Below, one piece after another: positions 1 through 9,662 of a stretch of 64,000 nt of DNA; the stretch's first letter is position 1, and every line of letters begins with the position of its first letter. Made by a program: the position numbers and the translations under genes. The notes below the pieces were generated by a model that worked only from the letters and a program-made list of their open reading frames with translations, did no database searches and had not been told where the DNA came from. The DNA is from an uncultured Desulfatitalea sp. (GTDB lineage: Bacteria; Desulfobacterota; Desulfobacteria; Desulfobacterales; Desulfosarcinaceae): positions 2,016,001 to 2,080,000 of the forward strand of contig CAXXMB010000002.1 of assembly GCA_963668675.2 (NCBI GenBank). Reading direction: 5' to 3'.

Positions 1-1170
1 CCGGCGTGGGGCGGCCAGATTCTGGCCCACATCACCATTGCCGAAGGGTGGACTTCCGCTTTTGTAACGGTTCAACCCCACGGCGTCACCGAACCGGAGG
101 CCGCGCCGACAAAGGCCCCCATCGAAAGGGTGGCCCTGGAGAAGGTTGACCCGCCGGCCGGACTGCAGATCATCAAGCGGGCCGTCGAGGCCACCGACAC
201 GCGTCGCCTGGAAGATACCGAAACGGTGGTGGTGGGCGGCGCCGGAATGGGCGACATGCGTGGCTTCGGACTGGTTCGTGAGCTGGCCGCGGCATTGGGA
301 GGCGAAGTGGGCGCCACCCGACCGCCGGTGCTCTATCACTGGGTGGAGGAGGCGCGCTTGATTGGCCAGACCGGCAAAACCGTGCGGCCCAAACTGCTCA
401 TATCGGCGGGCGCATCGGGGGCCATTCAATACACGGCCGGCATAATGGAGGCCGAAACCATCGTCGCTATCAACCGCGATGCGTCGGCTCCCATCTTTCA
501 GATTGCCGACATCGGCCTGGTGGCGGACGCCAACCTGGTGCTGCCGCTGCTCAACCAGCACGCCCAGCAGGCTGCCATGAAACAGTTGGCCGATGCCTCC
601 TGCGCTGTCGGCGCCGACGAGCAAAGCGGCGAGGCAAAGGGTGGCTTCGGCCCCATGGTGCGCCAGCTAAGGCAAGCCCGCGACTGGAGCCAGGAGGATC
701 TGGCCCATGTCACCGGGCAGAACCCCGAATTCATCGAGCAGGTCGAGTCGGGTCATCTATCACCGCCGGTCGGCTTCATCCTGCGCATGGCCCAAGCCAT
801 GAAGATCGATGCATCCACCTTTTTGAACAAGGAGGCCCAAACCGCCATCCGGGATCGCCGCGCCCAGGCCTACCACCAGCGCACCCAGGCTTACAGCTAC
901 ACCACCTTGACCCCGGAGGCCGCCAACAGTCACTTACGCGCATTCATGATCACCATCGAAGCCCACCACGACCACAAGCCGGTCGCTTATAAACATGAAG
1001 GCGAAGAGTTCATCTATGTGATGGAGGGTGACCTGGGCCTGACCCTGGATGCGCGACAGCATGTGCTAAAACCCGGCGAGTCGATCCACTTCAACTCGGA
1101 TGTACCCCACAAACTAAAAAGCCTCTCCAGCCGCCCGACCCGATGCCTGGTGGTCCTCTATACGGTCTGA
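1..1170 (+). CDS. Electron transfer flavoprotein alpha subunit fused to XRE-type HTH and cupin domains (5' end outside the window)
   Basis: Frame is open from base 1 (PAWGGQILA...). EtfA FAD-domain motifs VVVGGAG, GATRP, IGQTGKTVRP, GASGAIQY, AINRDASAPIF; then HTH (VRQLRQARDWSQEDLA...IEQVESG) and cupin (HEGEEFIYVMEG...GESIHFNSDVPH). Confidence 0.85.
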   Translation, partial: PAWGGQILAHITIAEGWTSAFVTVQPHGVTEPEAAPTKAPIERVALEKVDPPAGLQIIKRAVEATDTRRLEDTETVVVGGAGMGDMRGFGLVRELAAALGGEVGATRPPVLYHWVEEARLIGQTGKTVRPKLLISAGASGAIQYTAGIMEAETIVAINRDASAPIFQIADIGLVADANLVLPLLNQHAQQAAMKQLADASCAVGADEQSGEAKGGFGPMVRQLRQARDWSQEDLAHVTGQNPEFIEQVESGHLSPPVGFILRMAQAMKIDASTFLNKEAQTAIRDRRAQAYHQRTQAYSYTTLTPEAANSHLRAFMITIEAHHDHKPVAYKHEGEEFIYVMEGDLGLTLDARQHVLKPGESIHFNSDVPHKLKSLSSRPTRCLVVLYTV

Positions 1171-1251
1171 GCACCGATTCATTACGGAACTGCAGCTCAG
1201 CCTTACAAGCCCCTTGCCAAACGTTAAATCCGGTCTATGTTAATTATTGAA

Positions 1252-1504
1252 TCCGGTTCTCCACGAAGCTTAAGTGCCCGGAATGTAGTTATGGCTGGCC
1301 TATGCAAAGCATTTGATTCCTTCATGGAAGCATTACGAAGCAATAGAAAAGTCCCCCTTTTTCAAAGGGGGATTTAGGGGGATTCCAGTATGTTGAGGGC
1401 CAATCAAATCCCCCCCGCCCCCCTTTGAAAAGGGGGGAGCCGGTGGCTGCATCAAAGTATGATAAAGAATAACAGACGATACTTCATCTTCATGGAGAAC
1501 CGGG
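1252..1504. mobile_element. Non-autonomous MITE-like element (~250 bp)
   Basis: TIRs CCGGTTCTCCACGAAG (1253-1268) and CTTCATGGAGAACCGG (1488-1503), 15/16 match; flanking direct repeat TTATTGAA(T) at 1244-1252 and 1505-1513; no credible CDS inside. Confidence 0.75.
1349..1438. repeat. Inverted pair of palindromic GC-clamp repeats (REP-like)
   Basis: AAGTCCCCCTTTTTCAAAGGGGGATTTAGGGGGATT and its near reverse complement AATCCCCCCCGCCCCCCTTTGAAAAGGGGGGA; each arm contains its own CCCCCTTT..AAAGGGGG hairpin. Confidence 0.8.
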
Positions 1505-1601
1505 TTATTGAATTGCAATGAATCGATGTGAAGAGATGTCTGGTGTTGATCCGTAGCAATTCATATCCCCTCAGGCTTCATAACTTTTTTTAGAATAACC
1601 A

Positions 1602-1799
1602 ATGCCATGGAAATACGCCATGAACATAGATAATAGGGCGAGAGGCAACGGGCTGCGCAAACTCATCGAAAGGGGCCGGGCCCTGTTTCGCATTCGTGAA
1701 AACACCGAACACTACTCGGATGCGGACTACAGGAAGGCCGAAAAGAAGTTCGTCAAGTTATGCATTCTGGAAGGAAGGTGTGGAAGCGTAATGAGCTGA
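1602..1799 (+). CDS. Small basic hypothetical protein (start 1602 or 1620)
   Basis: 65-aa ORF in otherwise unassigned space, protein-like composition; no recognised family. Confidence 0.5.
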   Translation: MPWKYAMNIDNRARGNGLRKLIERGRALFRIRENTEHYSDADYRKAEKKFVKLCILEGRCGSVMS

Positions 1800-1845
1800 G
1801 AGATTCAATGAAAAAACACCTTCTCTTTAAGCGTTCCACTTTAAG

Positions 1846-2868
1846 CTATCTTAACAAATTCATATTGGGCCGCTTGAGCAGCGACGGTTTCCCCCTGAAA
1901 AAAGTGACCACAACCTGCCGGGCGCTGTTCATGTCGACCGCGTTGCGAATGGCGTTAAACAGTGTGTTCCCGAATGCAAAATTGGCGGCCAGATAGGCCC
2001 CGTAGCGCCTGAAGCGCCGCAGGGCGCGGGTGGTGTCGAAATAGTGTTCGAGCATTTCGATCAGCTGCAGCGCAGTGTCGCGGCATATCTCCTCCGGGGG
2101 CGGGCGAAGACCCGTCCACTGGGCAAACGACCAGGGACGGGCGATGGCGATACGCCCGAGAGCCACCCCGTCGCAACCGGTGGTTTGAAGCATGCGCAGG
2201 CATCCCTCCGCATCGAACACGTCACCGTTTCCAAACACCGGAATCGTCACGGCCTCTTTCACCCGGGCGATGTATTCCCATTTGGCAGGCCGGTTGCGAA
2301 CGTCGGGGGCGACGCGCGGATGAAAGGTCAACGCATCAGCGCCGGCATCTTCCAGCCGGCGCGCCAAATCCACCGGAATACGTGGGTCGTCCTGCCAGCC
2401 GGTGCGAAACTTCACGAAGAGGGGACACGTGACGGCCCGGCGGATCCGCCCCACCAGACGGGCCGCGGCGGAGGGGTCCTTGAGCAGAGCGGCGCCCTGG
2501 TTGTACTTGCAGATCTCCCTGACCGAGCAGCCCAGATTGACATCCACCCCGAACAGTCCCTCCGTCTCTATTCTAGCGGCGGCCGCGGCCATGCGTTCGG
2601 AATCGGCCCCCAGGAGCTGCACGACCAGCCGGTCAGCCTCTTCGTTCCGCCAGCGAAAATAGGATGATGTGTGTCGGTTCTCCTGGGGGATGCGCGCCGC
2701 ACTGCACATCTCTGAAAAAAACAGGCCACATCCGCCCATCTTGTCGAGCAGGTGACGAAAGGCGATATGGCCCAGATAGGTCATGGGGGCCAGTACCAGA
2801 CGGTTGGTCAATTTCCGTCCGCCCACGGTTAGGGGTCGGTTCAAGATTTCGGGCAGAAGCGTGTCCAT
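1846..2868 (-). CDS. tRNA-dihydrouridine synthase family protein (DusB-like)
   Basis: LAPM, SEM, VQLLG, DVNLGC, GAALLKDP, VKFRTGW, PVFGNGDV, GVALGR motifs; start MDTLLP at 2868 assumed (frame open to 2913). Confidence 0.9.
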   Translation of the reverse strand: MDTLLPEILNRPLTVGGRKLTNRLVLAPMTYLGHIAFRHLLDKMGGCGLFFSEMCSAARIPQENRHTSSYFRWRNEEADRLVVQLLGADSERMAAAAARIETEGLFGVDVNLGCSVREICKYNQGAALLKDPSAAARLVGRIRRAVTCPLFVKFRTGWQDDPRIPVDLARRLEDAGADALTFHPRVAPDVRNRPAKWEYIARVKEAVTIPVFGNGDVFDAEGCLRMLQTTGCDGVALGRIAIARPWSFAQWTGLRPPPEEICRDTALQLIEMLEHYFDTTRALRRFRRYGAYLAANFAFGNTLFNAIRNAVDMNSARQVVVTFFRGKPSLLKRPNMNLLR

Positions 2869-2909
2869 ATGTATATGTGTGGTACATCCTGTTGCATGGG
2901 CTTTGAAAA

Positions 2910-3767
2910 TCATGGCAAGGGGATCTGTTCGGAACCCACAAACCGTTGGGAATTGCAGTATAGAAAGAGCCCGTCCGGTCGCATGGCCCCGGCCAGCGAC
3001 ATCCCCAGGCGCGAGCCCAGTTCGACCGCCAGGCGGGTTGGACGCGACAACGCCATGAGAATCGGAATGCGTGCGCGCACGCTCTTTTGAACCAGTTCAT
3101 AGCTGATCCGGGACGAGAGCACTGCGACTTTTGCCAGATGGAGCCTCCGGTCGAGAAAGAGTCGGCCGATCGCCTTGTCCAGGGCATTGTGGCGGCCGAC
3201 ATCTTCCATGGCCACGAGCAACTGAAGATCCGCATCGAACAGTGCCGCGGCATGACTGGCCCTTGTGCTGCGGCGCAGCGGCTGAAGATCATCGAGCCGG
3301 CGTAGACACGCTTCAGCCGCCGGAAGCGCAATGGTGGTCCGGTCTTCTATCGGTCGCAACTCCTGGATCAGCTCGTCCACAAGGGTCTTACCACAAAGCC
3401 CGCAGCTGGATTGGCTGATATAACCGCGCCGGTCCAGGTGGCCGGCGACTTTCTCCCTTCGCTGCGAGGAGAGGGTGACGGTCACCACGTTTGTGTCGTC
3501 CTGATCGCAGGTGGCCAGATTGGTGATATCGTCCGGGTCGTCCACCACACCTTCGGTCAGACAGAAGCCGGCCGCATGGGCCAGATCGTCACCGGGTGTC
3601 CGCATGACCACCGCGTAAGGGCTACCCTGGACGCGAATGGACAGCGGCTCCTCTTCGATGAATGCCATGGTCGTGCGATGCAGTTCACCTTTGTGCCATT
3701 GGGAAATCGTGGTTCGAGGATCGTTCACGATATGTCGGCCTCCTCTATTCAATGGGTCAGGCGCCAT
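2910..3767 (-). CDS. fdhD: Formate dehydrogenase accessory sulfurtransferase FdhD
   Basis: EEPL, MRTPG, GFCLTEG, SSCGLCG, HAAAL, EDVGRHNALDK, SSRISYELVQK. True start may be GTG 3728 (GAGGAGG upstream). Confidence 0.93.
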   Translation of the reverse strand: MAPDPLNRGGRHIVNDPRTTISQWHKGELHRTTMAFIEEEPLSIRVQGSPYAVVMRTPGDDLAHAAGFCLTEGVVDDPDDITNLATCDQDDTNVVTVTLSSQRREKVAGHLDRRGYISQSSCGLCGKTLVDELIQELRPIEDRTTIALPAAEACLRRLDDLQPLRRSTRASHAAALFDADLQLLVAMEDVGRHNALDKAIGRLFLDRRLHLAKVAVLSSRISYELVQKSVRARIPILMALSRPTRLAVELGSRLGMSLAGAMRPDGLFLYCNSQRFVGSEQIPLP

Positions 3768-3899
3768 CGATGCGAATCAGCCTCGAGGCGTGCCAACAAT
3801 ATAACGCGGCTTGTAAGAGTGTAAATTCCAAACTCCGAATATCGAAATGTGCGACAAATGCCAATGATCAAAATTCGGTGCGTCTAAAACACATTTTTC

Positions 3900-3927
3900 T
3901 TGACAAAATTTTCAAATCGCTTAATAT
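3900..3927 (+). promoter_or_regulatory. Putative sigma70 promoter of the rplU-rpmA-obgE operon
   Basis: TTGACA-N16-TAATAT about 45 nt upstream of the rplU start. Confidence 0.55.
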
Positions 3928-3972
3928 TCCGGATTTTTCAGGAATGGCGATTGAAATCAGGGAGGTTCAAAC

Positions 3973-4284
3973 ATGTATGCAGTCGTTGCCACAGGAGGCA
4001 AACAATATAGAGTAGAGGCTGGCGAGATCCTGCGTGTTGAAAAGCTGGCCGGTGATGTCGGTGCCGAAATCGCTTTCGATCAGGTTCTAATGCTGGGTGA
4101 CGGTGAAGATGTCCGCATCGGCCAACCTGTGGTGGAGGGCGCTACTGTCAAAGGCCACATCATTGAGCAGGGCAAGAGTAAAAAGGTGCTTGTATTCAAA
4201 TACAAACGCCGCAAACGCTATCGCCGCAAACAGGGCCACCGCCAGCTCTATACGGCAGTGAAGATCGACAGCATCGACGCATAG
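3973..4284 (+). CDS. rplU: 50S ribosomal protein L21
   Basis: MYAVVATGGKQYRV...KYKRRKRYRRKQGHRQ; GGAGG RBS. Confidence 0.98.
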   Translation: MYAVVATGGKQYRVEAGEILRVEKLAGDVGAEIAFDQVLMLGDGEDVRIGQPVVEGATVKGHIIEQGKSKKVLVFKYKRRKRYRRKQGHRQLYTAVKIDSIDA

Positions 4285-4358
4285 ACGATCGAAACATCAC
4301 AGCCACGTCAGGCGCAAAGATCTAAATAGAAGAAGATAGATATTGGGGAGAACATACC

Positions 4359-4613
4359 ATGGCACATAAAAAAGCGGGCGGAAGTTCGAAAAATGGTCGC
4401 GACAGTCAGGGTCAGCGAAGGGGCACCAAACGCTACGGCGGCGAACCGGTGAGAGCAGGCAATATCATCGTACGCCAGCTGGGCACCAAGATCCATCCCG
4501 GCAACAATGTCGGTATGGGGAGGGACTACACACTTTTTGCCAAAATCGACGGCATCGTCACCTTTGAACGTAAAGGCCGCTCAGGCAAAAAGGTCAGTGT
4601 CTATGCCGCGTGA
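4359..4613 (+). CDS. rpmA: 50S ribosomal protein L27
   Basis: [16 protein letters not shown]...GNIIVRQ.GTKIHPG. Confidence 0.98.
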   Translation: MAHKKAGGSSKNGRDSQGQRRGTKRYGGEPVRAGNIIVRQLGTKIHPGNNVGMGRDYTLFAKIDGIVTFERKGRSGKKVSVYAA

Positions 4614-5617
4614 AATTCATTGATGAAACCACCATCATCGTGCAATCCGGAGACGGTGGGCGAGGATGCGTCAGCTTTCGACGCGAACGCTTCGTTCCCC
4701 GAGGAGGTCCGGACGGCGGAGATGGAGGCAAGGGCGGCGACGTCCTCCTGAAAGCCACTTCCAACAAACGCACCCTGTACCACCTCCAGTTTAGAAAAGA
4801 GTATAAAGCAAAGAACGGCGGCCACGGGCAAGGCCGTCAGCGAAATGGACGCGGCGGTGAAGATCTTTTGATCCCGGTGCCGGTGGGAACCGTTGTCATC
4901 GACACTGAAAACGGCGAGCCCCTCTTTGACCTTGTCACACCGGAAGAGACCGTTATCGTGGCAAGTGGTGGCCGCGGCGGCCAGGGCAACCTGAGATTCA
5001 AGTCCTCCACCAATCGAGCGCCGCGATATGCCCAGCCCGGAGAACCCGGCCAACGCCTAACACTGAAACTGGAGCTCAAATCCATTGCTGATGTGGGCAT
5101 CATCGGTCTCCCCAATGCCGGCAAATCGACCCTGATCAGCACCATATCATCAGCACGCCCCAAAATCGCAGACTACCCGTTCACCACCTTGATTCCCAAT
5201 CTTGGCGTTGTCACATCCCACTATGGCGAACCCTTTGTGGTGGCCGATATTCCCGGCTTGATCGAAGGCGCACATGAGGGGGCCGGGCTTGGCATCCGCT
5301 TCCTGCGCCATGTGGAGCGCACCGGCGTGCTGGTTCACATGATCGATCTCAGCGCCTTGTCTGCCGATGCACCCCTGGACACCTATGAGATGGTCAACCG
5401 AGAATTGGCCATGTACAGCGACACCCTTGCGAAGAAACCGCAGTTGGTGGTACTGAATAAAATCGATTTACCAGGTACCGAGCCATTGGCCGATCTTTTC
5501 TGTCAGGCCCTGCCCGACACAAACGTGTTGCGCATCAGCGCGGCGACCCATGCAGGGCTTGACGAGTTGAAACGACACATTCGCCGGCATTTAGACGCTT
5601 TGGATGACACCCCATAA
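4610..5617 (+). CDS. obgE: GTPase ObgE/CgtA
   Basis: Gly-rich Obg domain ([12 protein letters not shown]), G1 [27 protein letters not shown]; follows rplU-rpmA. Confidence 0.97.
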   Translation: MKFIDETTIIVQSGDGGRGCVSFRRERFVPRGGPDGGDGGKGGDVLLKATSNKRTLYHLQFRKEYKAKNGGHGQGRQRNGRGGEDLLIPVPVGTVVIDTENGEPLFDLVTPEETVIVASGGRGGQGNLRFKSSTNRAPRYAQPGEPGQRLTLKLELKSIADVGIIGLPNAGKSTLISTISSARPKIADYPFTTLIPNLGVVTSHYGEPFVVADIPGLIEGAHEGAGLGIRFLRHVERTGVLVHMIDLSALSADAPLDTYEMVNRELAMYSDTLAKKPQLVVLNKIDLPGTEPLADLFCQALPDTNVLRISAATHAGLDELKRHIRRHLDALDDTP

Positions 5618-6299
5618 TTTTCATCAGACCCGATCCCACCGGATCGGTCTGTTCGGCGGGACCTTCAACCCGATCCATCTCGGCCATCTTCAGGTCGCCC
5701 TGGATGTGCGGCAACAACTGGAACTGGATGAGGTCTATTTCATCCCCAGCTCGCTTCCGCCCCATAAAGGTGCCGACCAGCTGGCTGCGGCCCGGGATCG
5801 ACTTGAGATGGTCCGCTTGGCGTTGGGCGATCGGGCCGGGCTGGCACCCTGCGGCCTGGAACTTGAACGGGAAGGCCCATCGTACAGCATCGACACGATC
5901 CGGCACATCCGCCGAAAGCTGCCCGATGCCCAACAGCTCTATTTTATGATGGGCCTGGACGCATTTCTGGAGATCCACACGTGGAAGGCCTTCAGACGGC
6001 TCTTCGAAGAGACGGCGATAGCCGTCATGTCGCGGCCGGGGTCGGGGCAGTGGACCGCACGCAGAGATCAAGAGGCGCTGAGCTACGTACAGCGGCATAT
6101 TGCACCGGAATATCGCCTTAAGAGAGATGATCGCATGCTGGTCCATCCGGACAAACAGTGTGTCTATCTCCTGTCGGTAACACCGGTGGACATTTCTTCG
6201 TCCAGTATCCGCAGCGGTATCCGGAAGGGAGAGCCCCTCGACAGATGGGTTGCACCACCGGTTGCGCGCTACATACAACAAAAAGGTTTATATCGATGA
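5604..6299 (+). CDS. nadD: Nicotinate-nucleotide adenylyltransferase
   Basis: GGTFNPIHLGH, PPHK, SYSIDT, MGLD, ISSSSIR. Confidence 0.95.
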   Translation: MTPHNFHQTRSHRIGLFGGTFNPIHLGHLQVALDVRQQLELDEVYFIPSSLPPHKGADQLAAARDRLEMVRLALGDRAGLAPCGLELEREGPSYSIDTIRHIRRKLPDAQQLYFMMGLDAFLEIHTWKAFRRLFEETAIAVMSRPGSGQWTARRDQEALSYVQRHIAPEYRLKRDDRMLVHPDKQCVYLLSVTPVDISSSSIRSGIRKGEPLDRWVAPPVARYIQQKGLYR

Positions 6300-6706
6300 G
6301 CAATGAGCTTGACGCCAACCTGGATCTGTTCGTACAAGCCGCCCTTGGTAGAAAGGCACAAGGGGTCGTCGTGCTCGATGTGCGCGAACTGACCTCCATC
6401 GCCGAAACGTTCATCATCTGCAGCGGCACCTCCAACCGGCAGGTGAGCGCCATTGCCGACCACATTCAGCGGTTTTTAAAGGAGCATTCGATCAAGCCGT
6501 TGAGCGTCGAAGGCAAGAGCGAGGGCCTATGGGTCTTGATGGATTACGGACATGTGATCCTTCACGTCTTTTATGAAACCACCCGGTCCTTCTATGACCT
6601 GGAAGGGTTATGGAGCGATGCCAGGCGCATCACCACAGAAAGCATGGAGAAGCATCGCCAGGAGCAAGCCGAAGGGTTCGATGGCGAGGAGGTCTTCGTC
6701 GAGTGA
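6296..6706 (+). CDS. rsfS: Ribosome silencing factor RsfS (Iojap)
   Basis: KAQGVVVLDV, FIICSG, WVLMDYG, FYDLEGLW; ATG 6296 overlaps nadD stop. Confidence 0.93.
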   Translation: MSNELDANLDLFVQAALGRKAQGVVVLDVRELTSIAETFIICSGTSNRQVSAIADHIQRFLKEHSIKPLSVEGKSEGLWVLMDYGHVILHVFYETTRSFYDLEGLWSDARRITTESMEKHRQEQAEGFDGEEVFVE

Positions 6707-6812
6707 GGCCATTTGGCTTTTTCACAAATCGTGCTTAGTGTCGGATCTTGTACCTTTGCAATAATGCTTTCGAACGACCACGGCAACCATCAACTCAATC
6801 GGAGAAGATAAG

Positions 6813-8366
6813 ATGCAGAGACCTAAACCGGTCATGCTGATGATTCTGGACGGATGGGGCATCGACACGCCCGGAAGCGGCAACGCCGTCACGCTTGCCA
6901 ACACCCCCAACCTGGATCGGCTCGTGGCCGATTACCCTCATACCCAACTGAAAACGTGTGGTAAATCGGTCGGGTTGCCGGAGGGCATCATGGGCAACTC
7001 CGAAGTGGGGCATCTGAATATCGGCGCCGGACGCATTGTCTACCAGGACCTGTTGCGCATCGACAACGCAATTGCCGACGGCTCCTTTTTTGAAAACGAG
7101 GCCATCAATCAATGCATGCAGCGCTCTATGGAAAAGAGAAGCAGCCTGCACCTGGCCGGCCTCGTATCCGACGGCGGTGTCCACAGCCAACTGACCCATC
7201 TCCTGGCGCTATTGGATCTGGCCAAACAGAAGGGGCTGACCGATATCTATGTCCATATCATCCTGGACGGCCGCGACACAGCACCAGACGGCGGCGTCGG
7301 CTATGTCCGCCAGGTGCAGCAGCACATCGAGAAGATCGGCACAGGCACCATCGCCACCGTCTGTGGTAGATACTACGCCATGGACCGCGATACCCGCTGG
7401 GAGCGCACCGAAAGGGCCTATCGCCTCATGACCGAAGGGGAAGGCGTGCACGAGCGTGATCCACTCGAGGCGGTTCAAAACGCCTACGCACGCGGAGAGA
7501 CGGATGAGTTTGTCAAACCTATCGTCATGGTCGGTCCGGATGATCAGCCGATAGCTACGGTACACGATGACGATGCCATTCTCTTCTTCAATTTCAGAGC
7601 GGATCGTGCTCGCCAGATTACACGGGCCTTTACCGATGAGAATTTCCAGGGATTCGAACGCCAAATGCAGCCCCATCTTTGCGACTATGTCTGCATGACG
7701 CTCTATGACGAGAAGTTTACGCTGCCGATGGCCTTTCCTCCCGAACATCTGGAACAGATATTGGGCGAGGTGGTCAGCGCGGCAGGCATGCGCCAACTGC
7801 GCATTGCCGAGACCGAAAAATATGCCCATGTGACCTACTTTTTCAACGGCGGTGAAGAGAAGCCCTTTGAGAATGAAGACCGCTGCTTGATTCCCTCTCC
7901 TAGAGACGTTCCGACCTACGATCACAAGCCGGAGATGAGTGCCGAGGCGGTCACCAGCGAGGTGCTCGAACGCATCGCTTCCGATCAATACGATCTGATC
8001 GTGCTGAACTTCGCCAATATGGATATGGTCGGTCATACCGGCATCATCCCCGCGGCCATCAAGGCGTGCGAAACGGTGGATCGCTGTGTGGGCCAAATCG
8101 TTGCGGCGGTGCAGTCCAAGGGCGGTGCACTGCTGATTACTGCGGATCACGGCAATGCCGAAACCATGGTCACCAGCAAGGGGAAGATGCACACGGCCCA
8201 CACCCTGAACGTGGTGCGCCTGATCTATGTCAATGAGAACCAAAAGGGGGCGCAGCTTAGAGAGGGCATTCTGGGCGACATCGCCCCGACCATCCTACAG
8301 ATTCTCGGAACGCCCCAACCCAGCCAGATGACGGGAAAACCATTGATTTCAGACCCCAACGTGTAG
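6813..8366 (+). CDS. gpmI: 2,3-bisphosphoglycerate-independent phosphoglycerate mutase
   Basis: ILDGWG, MGNSEVGH, SDGGVHS, GRYYAMDRD, NFRADRA, AETEKYAHVT, DMVGHTG, TADHGNAE. Confidence 0.98.
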   Translation: MQRPKPVMLMILDGWGIDTPGSGNAVTLANTPNLDRLVADYPHTQLKTCGKSVGLPEGIMGNSEVGHLNIGAGRIVYQDLLRIDNAIADGSFFENEAINQCMQRSMEKRSSLHLAGLVSDGGVHSQLTHLLALLDLAKQKGLTDIYVHIILDGRDTAPDGGVGYVRQVQQHIEKIGTGTIATVCGRYYAMDRDTRWERTERAYRLMTEGEGVHERDPLEAVQNAYARGETDEFVKPIVMVGPDDQPIATVHDDDAILFFNFRADRARQITRAFTDENFQGFERQMQPHLCDYVCMTLYDEKFTLPMAFPPEHLEQILGEVVSAAGMRQLRIAETEKYAHVTYFFNGGEEKPFENEDRCLIPSPRDVPTYDHKPEMSAEAVTSEVLERIASDQYDLIVLNFANMDMVGHTGIIPAAIKACETVDRCVGQIVAAVQSKGGALLITADHGNAETMVTSKGKMHTAHTLNVVRLIYVNENQKGAQLREGILGDIAPTILQILGTPQPSQMTGKPLISDPNV

Positions 8367-8383
8367 CGAGGCAACCAGGAACC

Positions 8384-8914
8384 ATGGATTTGAGTAAAGA
8401 GATGCTCGTCGATTATATCACCGGCCGTGAAACACCCAATGCAGGGGCCGAGGCCAACCGCCAGGCCGTTGAACGTCTGCTAGTGGAAACCAAAGGTTAT
8501 GCCCGGGAAGAGATTGAGGTGGATGCACCGATCACCCTCGATATGGGCGAAGCCCAGCAATACCGTTCATTTGTGGACCTGGTAGTGAAAGTCAAAGGGT
8601 ATCGCTACATGGCTGTCAAATGCGCGCCAGGATCGCTGGCCTCCCGCGAGCGCGAGATTGTTGCAGCGGCCCGGCTGTTGGACGCGTATCAGATTCCTTT
8701 GGCGGTATCATCCGATGGCCGGACGGCCATTGTATGGGATGTGGTCAGCGGAGAGAAGATGGGCGACGGATTGGAAGCGATCCCCACAAGGCAGGAGGCG
8801 GAAACCGGGTTCGACCCCCATCGCTTGCTTCCGCTGGGAGAGCCCAGGCGAATGCGCCAGCAGCTCATCTTCCGTTCATATGACAGCATGAACGTTCATC
8901 GACGCGCTGAGTAG
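8384..8914 (+). CDS. Stand-alone type I restriction enzyme HsdR N-terminal-like domain protein
   Basis: E..RQ...LLV..KGY.REEIEV...VDLVV...AVKC pattern resembles the HsdR N-terminal PD-(D/E)xK fold; no hsdM/hsdS nearby. Confidence 0.65.
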   Translation: MDLSKEMLVDYITGRETPNAGAEANRQAVERLLVETKGYAREEIEVDAPITLDMGEAQQYRSFVDLVVKVKGYRYMAVKCAPGSLASREREIVAAARLLDAYQIPLAVSSDGRTAIVWDVVSGEKMGDGLEAIPTRQEAETGFDPHRLLPLGEPRRMRQQLIFRSYDSMNVHRRAE

Positions 8915-8984
8915 ATCGCTATCCCGACCCGGCCGGGCGACTTGATTATCTCCCTGACCGGGCTGAAACATACGAGGAAAAACG

Positions 8985-9662
8985 CTACAGGCCGGCAACC
9001 TCTTTGCCGCAATTTTTGCAAACTTTGGCGCGCTTCTTGATGATCTCTGCACAAAAGGGGCACTCGCGCGTGAAGTGGTGTTCGTGTATTTTGGAGACGG
9101 CACTGTCGATGGCCTCCTGCAGCTTGGGATTGGCGGCCTTCATAAAGCTCAACGGCTCAATCGCTTCCAGTTCGCCAATATCGCCTAGCATCTCAGCAGC
9201 CTTGATACGAACCCGCATCGGCTCACAAGCATCGCTCAGCAGCCGCATGATGGTCAAGCCATCCTTGTTGACGTAGCAATCGGCCAGAATGGAAAACCCC
9301 TTTTTGGTCTGCTCTTTTAACACCTCCTGCTGAGCAAGCACCTCATCGTCGATAATCTGTCCCTGCCCCCCCATGGAACTGAAGACCGGCATGCATTCAA
9401 ACTGCTCGGTACCCGGATAGTTGAAGCAGCGCATGGAGGCGCGCTGGGCGTAATTCTCCTCCATGTCCTTCCACCCCTTTGTATAAAGGGGGCACTCGTC
9501 GTTGAAGCAGAGAAACAGAAAGGGGGCACCCCAGCCCAGTCCATCTGAAAAAGTGATCGGCGGCACCTCCCACAACTTCATCTCTTCATTGCAATGGGGA
9601 CAGCGCGGTTTAGGCATCGCCATGACCCGTTCCATATATTCCTGCTTGGTCTCTATTGCCAT
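8985..9662 (-). CDS. Zinc-ribbon plus HEAT-repeat protein
   Basis: CPHC...CFNDEC at the N-terminus, HEAT-like VRIKAAEMLGDIG, C-terminal CPFC...CKNCG; GGAGAGG upstream of ATG 9662. Confidence 0.75.
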   Translation of the reverse strand: MAIETKQEYMERVMAMPKPRCPHCNEEMKLWEVPPITFSDGLGWGAPFLFLCFNDECPLYTKGWKDMEENYAQRASMRCFNYPGTEQFECMPVFSSMGGQGQIIDDEVLAQQEVLKEQTKKGFSILADCYVNKDGLTIMRLLSDACEPMRVRIKAAEMLGDIGELEAIEPLSFMKAANPKLQEAIDSAVSKIHEHHFTRECPFCAEIIKKRAKVCKNCGKEVAGL

